DNA from: Felis catus
Taxonomy: Eukaryota
NCBI RefSeq assembly: GCF_018350175.1
Contig: NC_058368.1
Span: 82,462,001 to 82,526,000 of the forward strand
DNA length: 64,000 nt
Direction of reading: 5' to 3'
Shown: positions 36,625-48,574 of the stretch, piece by piece
How the letters are laid out: the number at the start of each line of letters is the position of its first letter
Position numbering within the stretch: position 1 is the first letter of the stretch
Translations under genes and position numbers: made by a program
The notes under the pieces: generated by a model
The model's input: only the letters and a program-made list of their open reading frames with translations
Told to the model about the DNA's origin: nothing
The model's database searches: none

Positions 36625-39528
36625 CTAGGAAACAAACAGCAAGGAGGAGAAAGAACATAGGAGCCCATGAGCAGGTTGCTATGGGGTGGGCAGCCACCAC
36701 TGGGGGGTTCACAATACATTTTGTTGTGCACACTGACGTGAAGCCGTCCTCACGGGTGTGAAGTTGCTGGAGAGGCTACAAAAACAACAGGCCTTCGGAG
36801 AATGCCAACTCTTTCAACATCTTATTTACCGTACGGAGAAAGTGCTTGTAAAATCTGGAAACTTCACAGTAGAGCTTACAAAAGTTTGGGTAATACTCAG
36901 AAGTCTCTGGTAAGCGAAGCCTAGACTTACAGCAGGATTCAATTACCCAGTGGAGGATTTGAGGACAGTTCCAGCAGAGGGACAACTGAGCTGGTGAATT
37001 ACATCCTGTCTCTGCTTTTCTCTTCCTTCTGGATCCAGTAGTTGAAAACTGTTTCAACTAGCACTTAATGTTTACACAATGGCCTGAGGAACCTGTCATT
37101 TCTGAGAGGGGTTATAAAAATGGCTACTGTCCTCCACTTGACGAAAAGAGAGAAAACTGAATTTTGCTGTTTCCAGACATACCATGGATCTTGGGGTTGG
37201 TAGAATGTCTCTCCTCCCCACGAGAAAAACAAATCTCACACTGTAAGTGAAGGACTCTTGGCACATCAAAGATTTGGGGAAGTGGGGAAGAAAAAGGGAA
37301 GAAAAGGAGGCACCATGGAGCCTAGAGGCAGGAGGGACACTGTCCCCTCGTCCAGGGCTGCCATGTGGCTGGGCTGTGTCCTGTCACCTGGAGGAGAGCC
37401 AACTCTACCGCTGGGTGGGGGTCACACCTGCCAGGGAGGAGAACATTCCCAAGGAGGACGTGCCTGCACCTACTGCTGCTGCCACCAACCTTCTCAGCAG
37501 AACCCACCTTGGAAGTCACTCCCGAATTTAATGACCTGCACTGACCTGAGGCCTGGACAGGGCTAGGTGAGGGCTCTTTGCAGAAATCTGAGCAGACAGC
37601 AGGCTCTGTGGAGGCAGAGGGTCCGAAGCCACAGTGATAACACGTCTGGGGTCCAGCCATAGGCTCAGGAGGCCCGGAGTCTGCGGTGACAGTGACGCTG
37701 TGGGAGAGGAGACACTGGGCCAGCATCCAGGTGGCTCTCCAGTAAACGTGGCCTCAGGGTCCCCAACAACCTCCGACTCTGAGAGGTGAGCTCAGCCCCA
37801 CCGTCCCGGGACAGTTACCCACAGGGCTGCACACCCAGGAGGCTGGCTGGTCTGTCCTTCAAAGGGCTCACTGCCTCACCATGCCGCGGCACTCAAGGTT
37901 GGTTTGGTTGCATGAGTTGTGGACGCCGTGTCCCCCTCCCATGCCCTTCCTCTCCGCCCAGGGTCCCCGTTTCCTGTAGTTGCAGGCCCCTTCAGTCTGA
38001 TGCTCAGAATAGAGCCGGTGGGGACAGAGCCCCAGTTGACCCCAGGGCTTTGTTGGTTACGGAGCACAACCCAGCTCAGGCCGCCAGGCTCCAAGGCCAC
38101 CGCACGGTCTCCGGAGCCCTGTCCAAGGCCTCACAACGTGTGGGAGGAAGTGTGGCCACAGGCCTCTGACCCAAGGAAGCTGTGTGTCGGGACACTGACC
38201 TCTCGCTCTGGCCTCACTCAGTCCAGGGCTGCCCCGGGGAGGCCCACCTCGAACCCTACCCCTCTCCGACACCATGACTGCCTTGCTCAGGTGGAAGGGC
38301 AGAGGGCCGGGCAGCGGGGAGCGCCAAGGGGAGAAGGAGCCCACGGGGGCAGTCCTGCCTTGTGGAAATGCTGTGGGGGTCGTCCTGGAGAGGAGTGCAG
38401 CCATGCAGTGTGGACAGGCCCCTGGGTACCCGAAGGCTCCTGCCGGTGGTCGCTGGTCTGGCAGTGTGCTGTGTCAAGGAGCCAGCATCCGAGTGTCCTC
38501 ACGTCCGTGCCTGTGCCCAGGCTGATCCCCTGGCCTCTCCTGGGGGTCACCTAAGAGCCCAAGAGTCACGGCCCCAGATACCACCTTGGTCAGCGTGCAC
38601 ACTGCTCCCCGCATCCCGGCCTGGGGTTGCCCACACCTGATTCCTCCTCCAGCCCCACCCCAAAGCGGCTGGGCAGGGCTTTAAGAGGTGGGTCCCAGTG
38701 AGAGGCTCTCGGGCCCTTATCTCTAATTAACAGCATCTCGGTGGGCTGGAGGGTGGGACAACTTCCTGGTCCTTGCAGTGACAGCTCAGCAGGGTTGTGG
38801 ACGGGCCTAACAGAGAGAACCTGTGGAAAGTGCTTATTTAGTTCCTGGCACCTGGCAAATGCTCGATAAATTCCAAAGATCAACCCAAATCTTTCTGTCG
38901 CTGTTGAGGCTGAGCATTTAAAAACATGTGCTATCTTAGGGCATCTCCAGCGAATCACACCCTCGCCTACGTTTTACACTCCGGCCGGGGAGCTGGCCCA
39001 CTGAGGGCTCTCCTGCGGGACACAGTGAGGCCTTAGGCGGGGGTTTTGGGATCTTTAATTGGTTCCTGGGGCCCCGCTGGAGCCCTACAGCCTCGTGTCC
39101 CTGGGACCAGCAGCCCAGAGAGGCGGGTGGGTGCCCAGACAGAAGCCGCAGACCCAGTGAACGCGGACATCCAAGACTCGGGATTAAGGCGATCCCGGTG
39201 CCAAAAAGCAGGCATGACTGTTCTCCTGCCAGGAAAATCCATTTTAAATACAGTGTGTTGCAATATGCCTCAATTCTTTCTACTGCCCGCCGCCCTCCCC
39301 CCCAGCTCCAAGTAAATAGTCATATGCTCGGATGGAGGGCTGTTTTCGTTCATTGTGAAACTCTCCTAGCAGAGCCCCAGGCCCTGTGTTCCTTCCTCAT
39401 CGAAACCCTCAATTCTCCAGAGCCTGCCCTGCATCGCTGCCTCACCCCAAGCTGGAGAAGAGAAAGCTGCCTAGCGAGGCGGCTTAGGAAAAGGCTACAT
39501 CCAATTAAACTTTAAAATGCAGGCGTGA

Positions 39529-39710
39529 GGGGCTTCTGGGCGGCTCAGCCAGTTAAGCGTCCGACTCTTGATCTCAGCTCAGGTCATGATCTCACAGTTG
39601 GTGAGTCTGAGTATGGAGCCTGCCTGGGATTCTCTCTCTCTCTCTCTCTCTGCCCCTCCCCTGCTCATGCTCTGTCTCTCTCAAAATGAATAAATAAACT
39701 CAAAAATAAA
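39529..39710 (+). mobile_element. Can-SINE with internal deletion
   Basis: Head, CT tract and tail; TSD taaaatgcag(g/c)cgtga. Confidence 0.93.
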
Positions 39711-40399
39711 TAAAATGCAGCCGTGAGAGGTTTCATTTTTAGTTTTTACTGCTTGGTAAAAACGCGCATCATTTCCTAAATGCAATGTGTGCCCCTTTCC
39801 CTCACCTCCTCTGGGAAGCCCACCAACCCTTCCTCTGCAGCCCTGCTTGGACAGCCTGCCAAGGCCAGCAGTGTTAAGGTCCCTGTGTGGCCACATTTAT
39901 GTGCCTGCCACCGTTCAAGGCCCAGCCACCAGCTAGCCTCCAGGTAGAGCCCAGCAAGAGAGGACGGGCTTAAAGCAGAAAATCCACTTGGGCGGATGTC
40001 GGATTTAACTTAGTTATTTACTACCTGGCTACTAGACCACAGGAAGGTGTAGGGCTATCCCTGCTACAAGGGAGATGCGGGGACATGTAGGCACAGGGCT
40101 CCAGGGAGACCGAGGAAGGCACAGCACCCCCCTGTTTGCCCCAATTCACCTAACTGTCCACCGTCGTCCCTCCCTGCCCATCCCTTGTGACCCCACCACA
40201 TAGGATGGGCAGGAGAAGGGACACCAGTGGCTAGAGCCCCCACACACGGGACAAGCAGGGCCCTGCCTCACTGCTGCCCCTCTCATTCTTGCCCACTCCC
40301 TCCCCAGAGGCTGGCTTAGCCAAAAGCAGTCTTTGCTGAGGGAGGTGACAGTCGGGTGAATGGAGGCATAAAACTCGAGAGGCTGAGACCTAGTCTTTG

Positions 40400-40650
40400 G
40401 AAAGAATGACATCTTGCCGTTTGTGACAATGCAGATGGACAGATGGACGTCAAGGCATTATCCTCAGTGAAGTCAGTCAGACAGACAGACAGACAGACAC
40501 TGCGTGACCTCTCTCACGTGCAATGTGTGTAGAATGTAAACACATCTATATGTAAAACCCAAGCTCATAGACACAGACAACAGGCTGGGGTTGCCAGAGG
40601 CTGGTGTCGGGGTGGGAGAAGTGGCTGAAGTGTTTCTGCTTAAACTGAAT
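40400..40650 (+). mobile_element. Carnivore L1 3' fragment with (GACA)n
   Basis: aaagaatgacatcttgccgtttgtgacaa...gtgaagtcagtcagacaga...aagctcatagacacaga...ggttgccagagg. Confidence 0.8.
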
Positions 40651-40878
40651 AAAAAACAGGGCATCTGGAGATGGTTGTAATTTTCTGTGCTTGGTGAGTT
40701 GGGCAGGAGTTGAATTACAACTTTGAATTTTTACTCCCGCTAATTCACTGCGGTCACATTTCCTCTTGTAAAGAATGGAGTTACTGACTCCTTGATAGGC
40801 CAGCTTTAACATTTACAGCTCAGTGAACAGGACAATTTCATTTTACTGGGAAAATATTAGAGACACAAAAGGCACTAA

Positions 40879-41028
40879 CTTTTTTAAAAAATATGATTTA
40901 TTGTCAAATTGCCTAACATAGAGTATGCACAGTGTGCTCTTGGTTTTGGGGGAAGATTCTTGTGGTTCATCGCTAACACGCAACACCCAGTGCCCATCCC
41001 AACAAGTGCCCTCCTCCGTGTCCATCTC
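40879..41028 (-). mobile_element. Felid L1 (L1_Fc-like) extreme 3' end, 5'-truncated
   Basis: tttattgtcaaattg...cagtgtgctcttggttttgggg...caacacccagtgcccatcccaacaagtgccctcct. Confidence 0.85.
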
Positions 41029-41178
41029 CTGTACCAGCCTTATGTATGCATTTAACCGTATGTATACACACAGTTACACACTTTCAATATTGTTCATACA
41101 CTGCTTAGTGTTCTGTTTTTTTTTTTCAGGTAAGAAATGTTTATTTGTATCTTTACAAATTTATATATTACCACTTAC

Positions 41179-41348
41179 CAATGACAATAAACCATTAAAT
41201 AGGTATGCCTTGATTTACTGAGTTGCCTCATTGCTGAATATTTTGAATTGTTTTCTATTTTGCAACCTCTGTACATTTTGTCAAACTGCATTCCCGGGTT
41301 TCGCTTTCTGCCATCATCTGAGTCAACCTTCGCTGTGGCCTCGTGGGC
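41179..41348 (-). other. Candidate coding exon (170 nt, phase 0-2), product not recognised
   Basis: Pyrimidine tract cctcccttttctctcc followed by the first AG (ctcag|GCC); donor TTG|gtaagt; only one frame is open (AHEATAKVDSDDGRKRNPGMQFDKMYRGCKIEN...HTYLMVYCH). Confidence 0.3.
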
Positions 41349-42291
41349 CTGAGCCCACATGTACACGTGGAGAGAAAAGGGAGGCACTCCTGCATTTCCT
41401 TGGTTATTAGTGATGATCTCCTTTGGCTGGGGTGTTTGGGGCACCTGTGCTTCTCGCTTAGCCCCCATTTGGGCGAGGGAATCTTTGCTCCAAACCCTCA
41501 CACGGCGGTTTGCTCATGGGCTCCTGGACAGACCCAGGGCTCAGCTCTCAGCTTTGCACTTCCCTCCACGGTTCTCCTGAGCTGGATCCACTATTTTCAT
41601 ATCCCAATATTCCTCTTTCTTTATTTACTTCTTCATTTTTTCTGGAACACATCCTCCAGTAATTTTCTTTAACAAGTGTGTGTGTGCGTGTCAAAAAAAA
41701 CACCTTTTTTCTATCTTCACATTTGACCCATAATTTTTTTGGAATCAATTTCAAAGTTGAAAGCAATCCTTCAAGAGCTAGGAATTGAACCCAGTCTGCC
41801 TGATGGAAAAGCAGGGTTCTTTTTTGATCTATACACTCTCTGGCTGAGAAAGCAAGCCCAAGGTCATTACTATCACCAGCAAGTGACTTGAAAGAAATTC
41901 TTTGAAATGTAGTCTTTGATTCACAGTCAAAATAGTGTTTTTTTTCGTTTTTCTTTTTTCCCTTTTTTTTTTTTTTAACAAATGGCTTCCTCTTACGATG
42001 ACCCAAATCTACCTTTTGTGGAATGGAACCATTTTCCAACTGTTTCTTTTCTCTTCCCTGTGGACATTGTGGACAGCTGCATGTGCAGTGTGGCTGAGAG
42101 CCTGTGGGACATGTGTGACAGGTGGCTGTGCCCCAGGGCCTCTGGCCAGGAATGGCCACCATTCTCTGAGAGCAAGGACGAATGACCCCACAAGTACTGA
42201 CTCAGCTCCAGTAACAAAACATCACACTCTGGGCCTTAAACAGCAGGGGTTTATTTTCAGCGTCCTAGAAACTGGAAGTCTGAAATCAAGG

Positions 42292-43063
42292 TCATGTGGG
42301 GGACAAAGGCAAAAGAAATACAGGAAAAAATTAAAGCTCCTTATAACTTACAGCCCATTGACAAGTCTTTGGGACGGACAGTGACATTCCCTCGGGAGCT
42401 CAGCTGCCTCGATGATGACACTTTGCTGAGGGTTAAAGGCAACCTTAGCTTGACATTGTCCCAACCCCCCAGGATCCCGTGAATCTTCTCTAACATCTAA
42501 AAATCCCTTTGGAGACCTCCTTGATCTCTACCCCCAAATATATGTCGGCAATCATCCTCCAAGCATGTGGCCCCTGCTACGCACCTGCAGGGTCTCATGA
42601 CTGAGGTTTTACTAGACGGCAGTAAATGACCTTCTCCTCACGGCAGCTGGCTCCTCAAGGTCCCGGAAACCTTGCTTCCAAATTCCGTAGAGACTTCTAC
42701 ACGGAGCCTGACTCAGGACTTGATCCCACCACCCTGGGATCATGACCCGAGCCAAAATCAGGAGTTGGACGCTTAACCGGCTGAGTCACCCAGGCGTCCC
42801 TGCAGATCTGCCCTCACGGCAGCTGGCTCTTCAAGGTCCCGGAATTTGGAATTTGGAATTTGCTTCCAAATTCCGTAGAGACTTACTCTATCCCTAACCA
42901 ATCCCAACTTAAAAGTATATAATCAGTCACTCCTTACAGCCCCAGTGCAGCTCTTCCTGCCCACGGATCCTGTCCTTGTGTTCTAATAAAACCACATTTT
43001 TGGCACCAAAGACGTCTCAAGAATTCTTTCTTGACTGCTCCAAGATCCCAACATTTCACACCA
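42292..43063 (+). mobile_element. Class-I (ERV1-like) solo LTR
   Basis: 4-bp TSD aagg (42288-42291 / 43064-43067); ends in CA (5' end reads TC, presumably a mutated TG); CCAAT near 42898, TATA-like tatataa near 42916, AATAAA 42985-42990. Confidence 0.8.
42697..42800 (-). mobile_element. Can-SINE 5' fragment (tailless) inside the LTR
   Basis: gggatcatgacccgagccaaaatcaggagttggacgcttaaccggctgagtcacccaggcgtccc is an antisense SINE head; no CT tract or A tail. Confidence 0.88.
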
Positions 43064-44389
43064 AAGGCGCTAGCAGATTTATTCCCCCAGGGGAAGAGTG
43101 TGTCCTCACGGGAGAGTGAGCTCCAGTCTCTGCCCTTCCTGTAAGGACACTGGTGGCACTGGATGCCCTATGCCCATGGCCTCATCTAATGCTGTCACAA
43201 AGGCCCCACACCCAGCAGCATCACACTGTGGGCAAGGGCTCCAGCATGTGGACTCGGGGAACACAGCTCAGTCCCCAGCACCAAGCTCTCAACAGCGGGG
43301 CTTGTGTTTCTCTTGTTGACTCCTAATGAAGGTCTGAGCCTGCTGTGAGCCAGCACAGCTCCCGGCCAGGGACAGACAGTGACAAGAATGGACATGGACC
43401 CTGCACTTGCAGGGCTCGCTCTGAGCCCTGTACCCCAGGCTCTGTGCAGATGTGGCCACACTGGCTGGTAGGCCATGTGTCACCACCTGGCCTTCCTGTT
43501 CAGACAGGCGGTCCAGCAAATCTGACGGCAGAAGTCTTCAAATGGGCTCTTCACAACGTGAGTATGTAACTTCAGCCTACGTTCTCCAGTCACGTTCAGA
43601 ACATACTCTCAAGATCAGGGGCCAAGTTCTCCAGGATAAAGTTATCAGATGCACTCTCTCCTGGCCACACTGCATCCACTCCTTCCTGTCAAGAAAGGAC
43701 TAATCTCCTGGCAGATTAACTCACCTGATTCCTGTGGACACTGGGTCCTTTGTTAACACGGTTCCGTCCTGCATTGTTATCGTTGTTATAAACCCACTGA
43801 CTCTAAGTAGACCCGAGAGCGCATTGCCATTCATACTGGGTAGATATTGGGGCCAGGACTCAGAGATGTGTGGCTGCCTGCCTGCCCCCCCCCCCGCCTG
43901 TGGTGGTGGGGGTCACTAAAGAACTCACCAACGGCACTGGTGCTGCCCATCAACCCCACTCTGACGCAGGGAGAGCTGGGGAGCTAGGGGATGGTGGGAA
44001 GGGCCTGAGGCCAGTGGGGAACCTACCAGCCTACACCCGTCCCGTGCCAGGTGCACTTCTGTAGACAGAGGCCACTCGCTGTCTGACCACCCCCCTCTCC
44101 TCCCATCAGTGCACCTCAGATGCCCAGAGTCCATGGCATACAGCCACGCTGCAGGCTGAGCTGCTGTCACTGGGCAGCCTGCGGTCATTGGAAAATGCTT
44201 CTAGGGTTTTCTTTTCCATTTGCCCCCAGAGAGATCGAGTGCACTGCCCCTTGACTAATCACAGGGCAAACGGGGACAGTAGAGGGCCTTAGCGAAGCTT
44301 CTGTCCTCCACCTGCTTTCCTCTCCCTTTGTAGCTAGCAGGGAGGCCCCCAGTCACATCTCACATGCAGGCCTCCTCAGCACCAGCACT

Positions 44390-44700
44390 GACACTGTCCT
44401 CAGACGTTAGCATGGACCTGTCATCCTCAACCTGGGGGCTTTTCTCAGCCTGATGCTGTTCCCTACTGGATCAGTGGTCTCCTTGTCCAGTCTGAAATGT
44501 TTCATCCCCTGGTTCATGGGTAGCCCCACTGTGCTTAGCCTTCTCTTATCTCCCTGAAGTCTCCTCCTCCCGACACCCTGGCTGGGATACGCTTAGGCTC
44601 TGCCCCTGGTTCTGCTCTCTTCTCCAGCACCCTTCCATGGCAATCCTGTTTACTTGACAAGTTCACCTGCTTCTCAATTGACGGATCTCACATCTCCAGG
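44390..44700 (+). mobile_element. Degraded L2 fragment
   Basis: Pyrimidine-rich text with L2-like motifs (tctgaaatgtttc...ccttctcttatctc...ggctctgcccctggttctgctctcttctc). Confidence 0.45.
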
Positions 44701-45735
44701 CTTTATCGAGTGATTTCATATAGACAGATATTCTTTCCAGAAGACATCTTCATGCTGTATCTACCCATCAAAGAGGACTTAACACCATGCTTCTCAAACT
44801 CTTCCAAAAACTGGAAGAGGGGACACTTCTTAACACATTTCATGAGGCCACCAGCACTCTGAAAACAAGGCCAGACAAGGATACCACAAAAAAACTATAG
44901 TCCAATATTCCTTATGAGTATAGAGGTAAAAATCCTCAACAAAATACTGGCAAACCAAATGCAACCATACATAAAAAGGATTAAACTCCATCACCAAGTG
45001 GAATTTATCAGGAACATAAGGTTGGTTCAACATATGGAAACCAATCAATGTAATACACCATATTAGTAGAATAAGGAAAAAAACCCATAGTCATCTCCAC
45101 ACAGAAAAGGCATTTGACAAAATGCAACACTCTTTCATGATTTAAAGAAAAAAAAAGCAATACTCAGGTTAAAAATGGAAGGCATGATAAAGGGTATTCT
45201 CCAAAAAACCCACCGCTAACATACTCATGGTGAAACACTGGAAGCTTTTCCCCAAAGATCAGGAACAAGGCAAGGATACCTACTCCCACCACTGCTATTC
45301 AACACTGTACTGGAAGTGCTAGCCATGACAATTAAGCAAGAAAAAGAAATAAGCATATCAAAATTGGAAAGGAAAAAGCAATTTTCAGATGACATTATTC
45401 CATATATAGAAAGCCCCAAATAATCCACAAAAAGCTACTAGAGCTAATAAACAGATTCAGCACAATTTTAGGGTCAACTGAAAAAAAATGACTTGTGTTT
45501 CTATATACCATAAATGAATAACCCAAAATGAAAATTAAGAAAACAATACCACTTGTAGTAGCACCCAAAAGAATAAAATACCAAGGAATAAATTTAACCA
45601 AGGAGTCAAGAGATATGTATGCTGAAAGCTATAATACACTGCTGAACGAATGAAACAAGATATCCATGTTAATGAATTGGAAGAAAATATTGTAAAGATG
45701 GAATACTTCCCAAAGTGATTTACAGACTCAATACA

Positions 45736-45736
<1 letters not shown>

Positions 45737-45792
<56 letters not shown>

Positions 45793-45795
45793 ACA
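45737..45795. repeat. (CT)n(CA)n compound microsatellite
   Basis: Directly visible perfect dinucleotide runs. Confidence 0.97.
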
Positions 45796-45977
45796 TTACG
45801 AAAATTTCAATGCCCATTTTGGTGGAAATGGAAAAGCCAATGTTCAAATTCATATGGAATAGTAAGGGACCTCGAATACCCAAAACAGTAGTGAAAAAGA
45901 ACACAGTTAGAGAATTCACACTTTCCAGGATCAAAACTGATTACAAAGCTATAGTAATTAAAACAGTGCAGTGTGTT

Positions 45978-46192
45978 GGGGCGCCTGGGTGGCACAGTCG
46001 GTTAAGCGTCCGACTTCAGCCAGGTCACGATCTCGCGGTCCGTGAGTTCGAGCCCCGCGTCGGGCTCTGGGCTGATGGCTCAGAGCCTGGAGCCTGTTTC
46101 CAATTCTGTGTCTCCCTCTCTCTCTGCCCCTCGCCCGTTCATGCTCTGTCTCTCTCTGTCCCCAAAATAAATAAACGTTGAAAAAAAAAAAC
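45978..46192 (+). mobile_element. Young felid SINE (SINEC_Fc-like)
   Basis: CpG-rich body cttcagccaggtcacgatctcgcggtccgtgagttcgagccccgcgtcggg; perfect 15-bp TSD aaacagtgcagtgtg (45961-45975 / 46193-46207). Confidence 0.97.
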
Positions 46193-47447
46193 AAACAGTG
46201 CAGTGTGGTACTAGACCTACAGACCAATGGAATGAAACTGATAGCCCAGAAATAATCCCAAACACCTAGAACCAGCCTATTTACAATGAGGGTGCCAAGA
46301 CCATTCAAATGGGGTAAATATTGTCTTCAACCAATGGTGCTGGGACAGCTGGGTAATCACAGATGAAAGAGTGAATTTGGATCCCCAGCTCACTCTATAT
46401 TAAAAAATTAACTCAAAATGGATCAATGACTTAAATAAGAACCAGAACTTACAAAAGTTTTAGAAAGAAGCAGAAGTAAATGTTCACAACCTCAAATTTG
46501 TCAGTGGATTCTTAGGCTTGACACCAAAGCATGGGCAACAGAGGAGACAATAGACAACGTGTGTATAAAGAGCTCTGATAACCCACAAGCATGAAGACAA
46601 ACAATTCAGTTCCTAAAATGGGCCTAGGACTTGGCTAGACGTTTCCCCAAAGAAGATATATACATGGAAACAAGCACATAAAAAGAAATAGAACATCATT
46701 AGTCATTAAGGATACAAGTCAAAACCACAGCTGAGCTACATCACGCCCCTGAGGGTGGCTATAATTGTTTTTGGTGGAGAAAGTAGATGTGAGCAGAAAC
46801 CAGAGCCCTCAGACGCTCCTCGTCGGAATGCAAAATAGAGCCACTGCTGTGGAAAAGTCTGGTGGCTCCTCAAATAAGTGATAGAATTATCATATGACCT
46901 AGTAAGTCAGCTCCTACGTATCTATCCAAGAGAAACAAAATATCCACATAACATCCACATAGAAACTTGTACACGGATGTTCACAGAAGGACTACTCATA
47001 GTAGCCAAAAGGTGGAAACTTGAATGTCCATCAACAAGTGCATAACCTGTTGGTTCAACCAATAAAATATTATTCATCTATAAGAAGGAATGAAGCACTT
47101 CCCCCTGATACAACTGGGGTGAACCTTGAAAACATTACATTCAGTGAGGGAAGCCAGACATAAGTTTGCATATTATATGCTTCCTTTTATATGAAATATC
47201 CAGAAGCAGTAAATCCACAAAGACAGAATGCAGATTGGTGGCTTGCCAGGGACTGGGTGGGGGGGACGGGAGAATGAGGAGTGATTACTTCATGGTTACA
47301 AGGTGTTTTTCTGGGGTAAGTGTTTTGAAAACGTTTTACACCTAGAGACAATGGATGCTTGCACGAGACAGTGAATGCATCAATGCCACTGAGTTGTGCA
47401 CTTCACATAGCTGTTATGTGAATTGTACATCAATAAAATATACAGAA

Positions 47448-47638
47448 GGGGGTGCCTGGGTGGCTCAGTCAGTTAGGCGTCAGACTTCAGCTCAGGTCAT
47501 GCATGTGTCATGGTTTGTGGGTTCGAGCCTCACTTTGGCTCTGTGCTGTCAGCACAGAGCCCGCTTCAGATCCTCTGTCTTCCTCTCTCTCTGCCCCTCC
47601 CCACTCGCTCTCTTTCAAAAATAAATGAACATTAAAAA
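47448..47638 (+). mobile_element. Can-SINE inserted at the L1 tail
   Basis: Head, body and tail; flanking aaaatataca repeat. Confidence 0.93.
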
Positions 47639-48574
47639 TATATACATATGTAAACTGGAAAGAGTTATATTTATGAGTGAACCTGTCTTTACGCTTGCAA
47701 CAGTAAGTTCCTGAGACCGTTTCGGCTTCCAAAGCAAACTGCTTGCAGCCGTTTCCCCACGAGGGTTCCTGTTCTTGCCCTGCTTTCGTGTCAGGGCCTC
47801 TGGGGACCTGGTTGGCCCTAGAGGCTGAGGTTTGTTGAAGACTCCCTCCTTCTGAATTGGTCACAGGAACCCTGAGCAGCGCCTGGCCACCTGTACCTGT
47901 GCCTTCTCTGCATCTGCAACCTTGGGGCCAAGGTTAGGGCCACGAGAGGTTTGCAGAGTCCTGTCTGACAAAACACCACCCATTACCTGTGGAGGAGAAC
48001 ATCACGCCCGTGGGCCTTATTTTCCAAGGAGGACATCACGTCCCTGACCAGAGCCCAGGATGCAGCTTCGGGTTGCCTGCTGGCGAGGCTGGAGGCTTGG
48101 AGGGTTCTGGCCAGTGAAAGTCCTGCAAGGGCTGACAGGGTGGGCACTGCTACATTGGGGTCGGCTGCTGGCTGCCTGGCGTGGCAGAATGGCCGGGTCC
48201 TCGAGGGGACGGTGCTCCAGCGCAGGCTATGGCGCACCGCGGGCCCCAGCCCACCCCACCCTGCTCTGGCTGGCTCTCAGACCCCGACCGATGAGTCCTG
48301 GGCCGTCTCTCTGTTTTCCCTCTCCTCCGCCGTCTGCGCGTGCAAGGCCTCAGGATGCTTGTTTGTGCAAGGCCTCAGGCCACCTTCTGTGGCGGGATGG
48401 GCCCCCACCCCACTGCAGGCCAGTGGGACCAAAGTAATGGGCAGTGATGACTCAGTTGGCATATCTGGGCCTGGGGCTGCGGAGGCTGACAGTTCCCGAA
48501 GCCGAGAGCAGCGTCACACACACAGGCAATGCTGAGTGGGCCATTGTGTGAGGGCCAGCTGCCGCTCCGCCACC

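Larger units (their letters stand above)
42200..43280 (-). mobile_element. MaLR MLT1 LTR split by an ERV solo LTR
   Basis: gtaacaaaacatcaca...ctggaagtctgaaatcaagg on the left resumes after 43064 as cgctagcagattt...tgtaaggacact...ggggaacacagctcagtccccagca. Confidence 0.75.
44770..47445 (+). mobile_element. Old L1 (L1MB-like): ORF2 RT remnant to 3' end
   Basis: A-rich sense text aaaatcctcaacaaaatactggcaaacc, gaaaaggcatttgacaa and atcaggaacaaggcaaggat; terminal aatgccactgagttgtgcactt...caataaaa. Confidence 0.92.

Noticed and set aside
41548..42162. 204-aa minus-strand ORF
   Set aside because: Runs through poly-T tracts and what looks like very old L1/HAL1-type sequence; no splice or homology support.
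44770..47445. Possible functional reverse transcriptase
   Set aside because: The L1 ORF2 remnant is fragmented by stops, deletions, a microsatellite and a SINE; the other L1 pieces are similarly dead.
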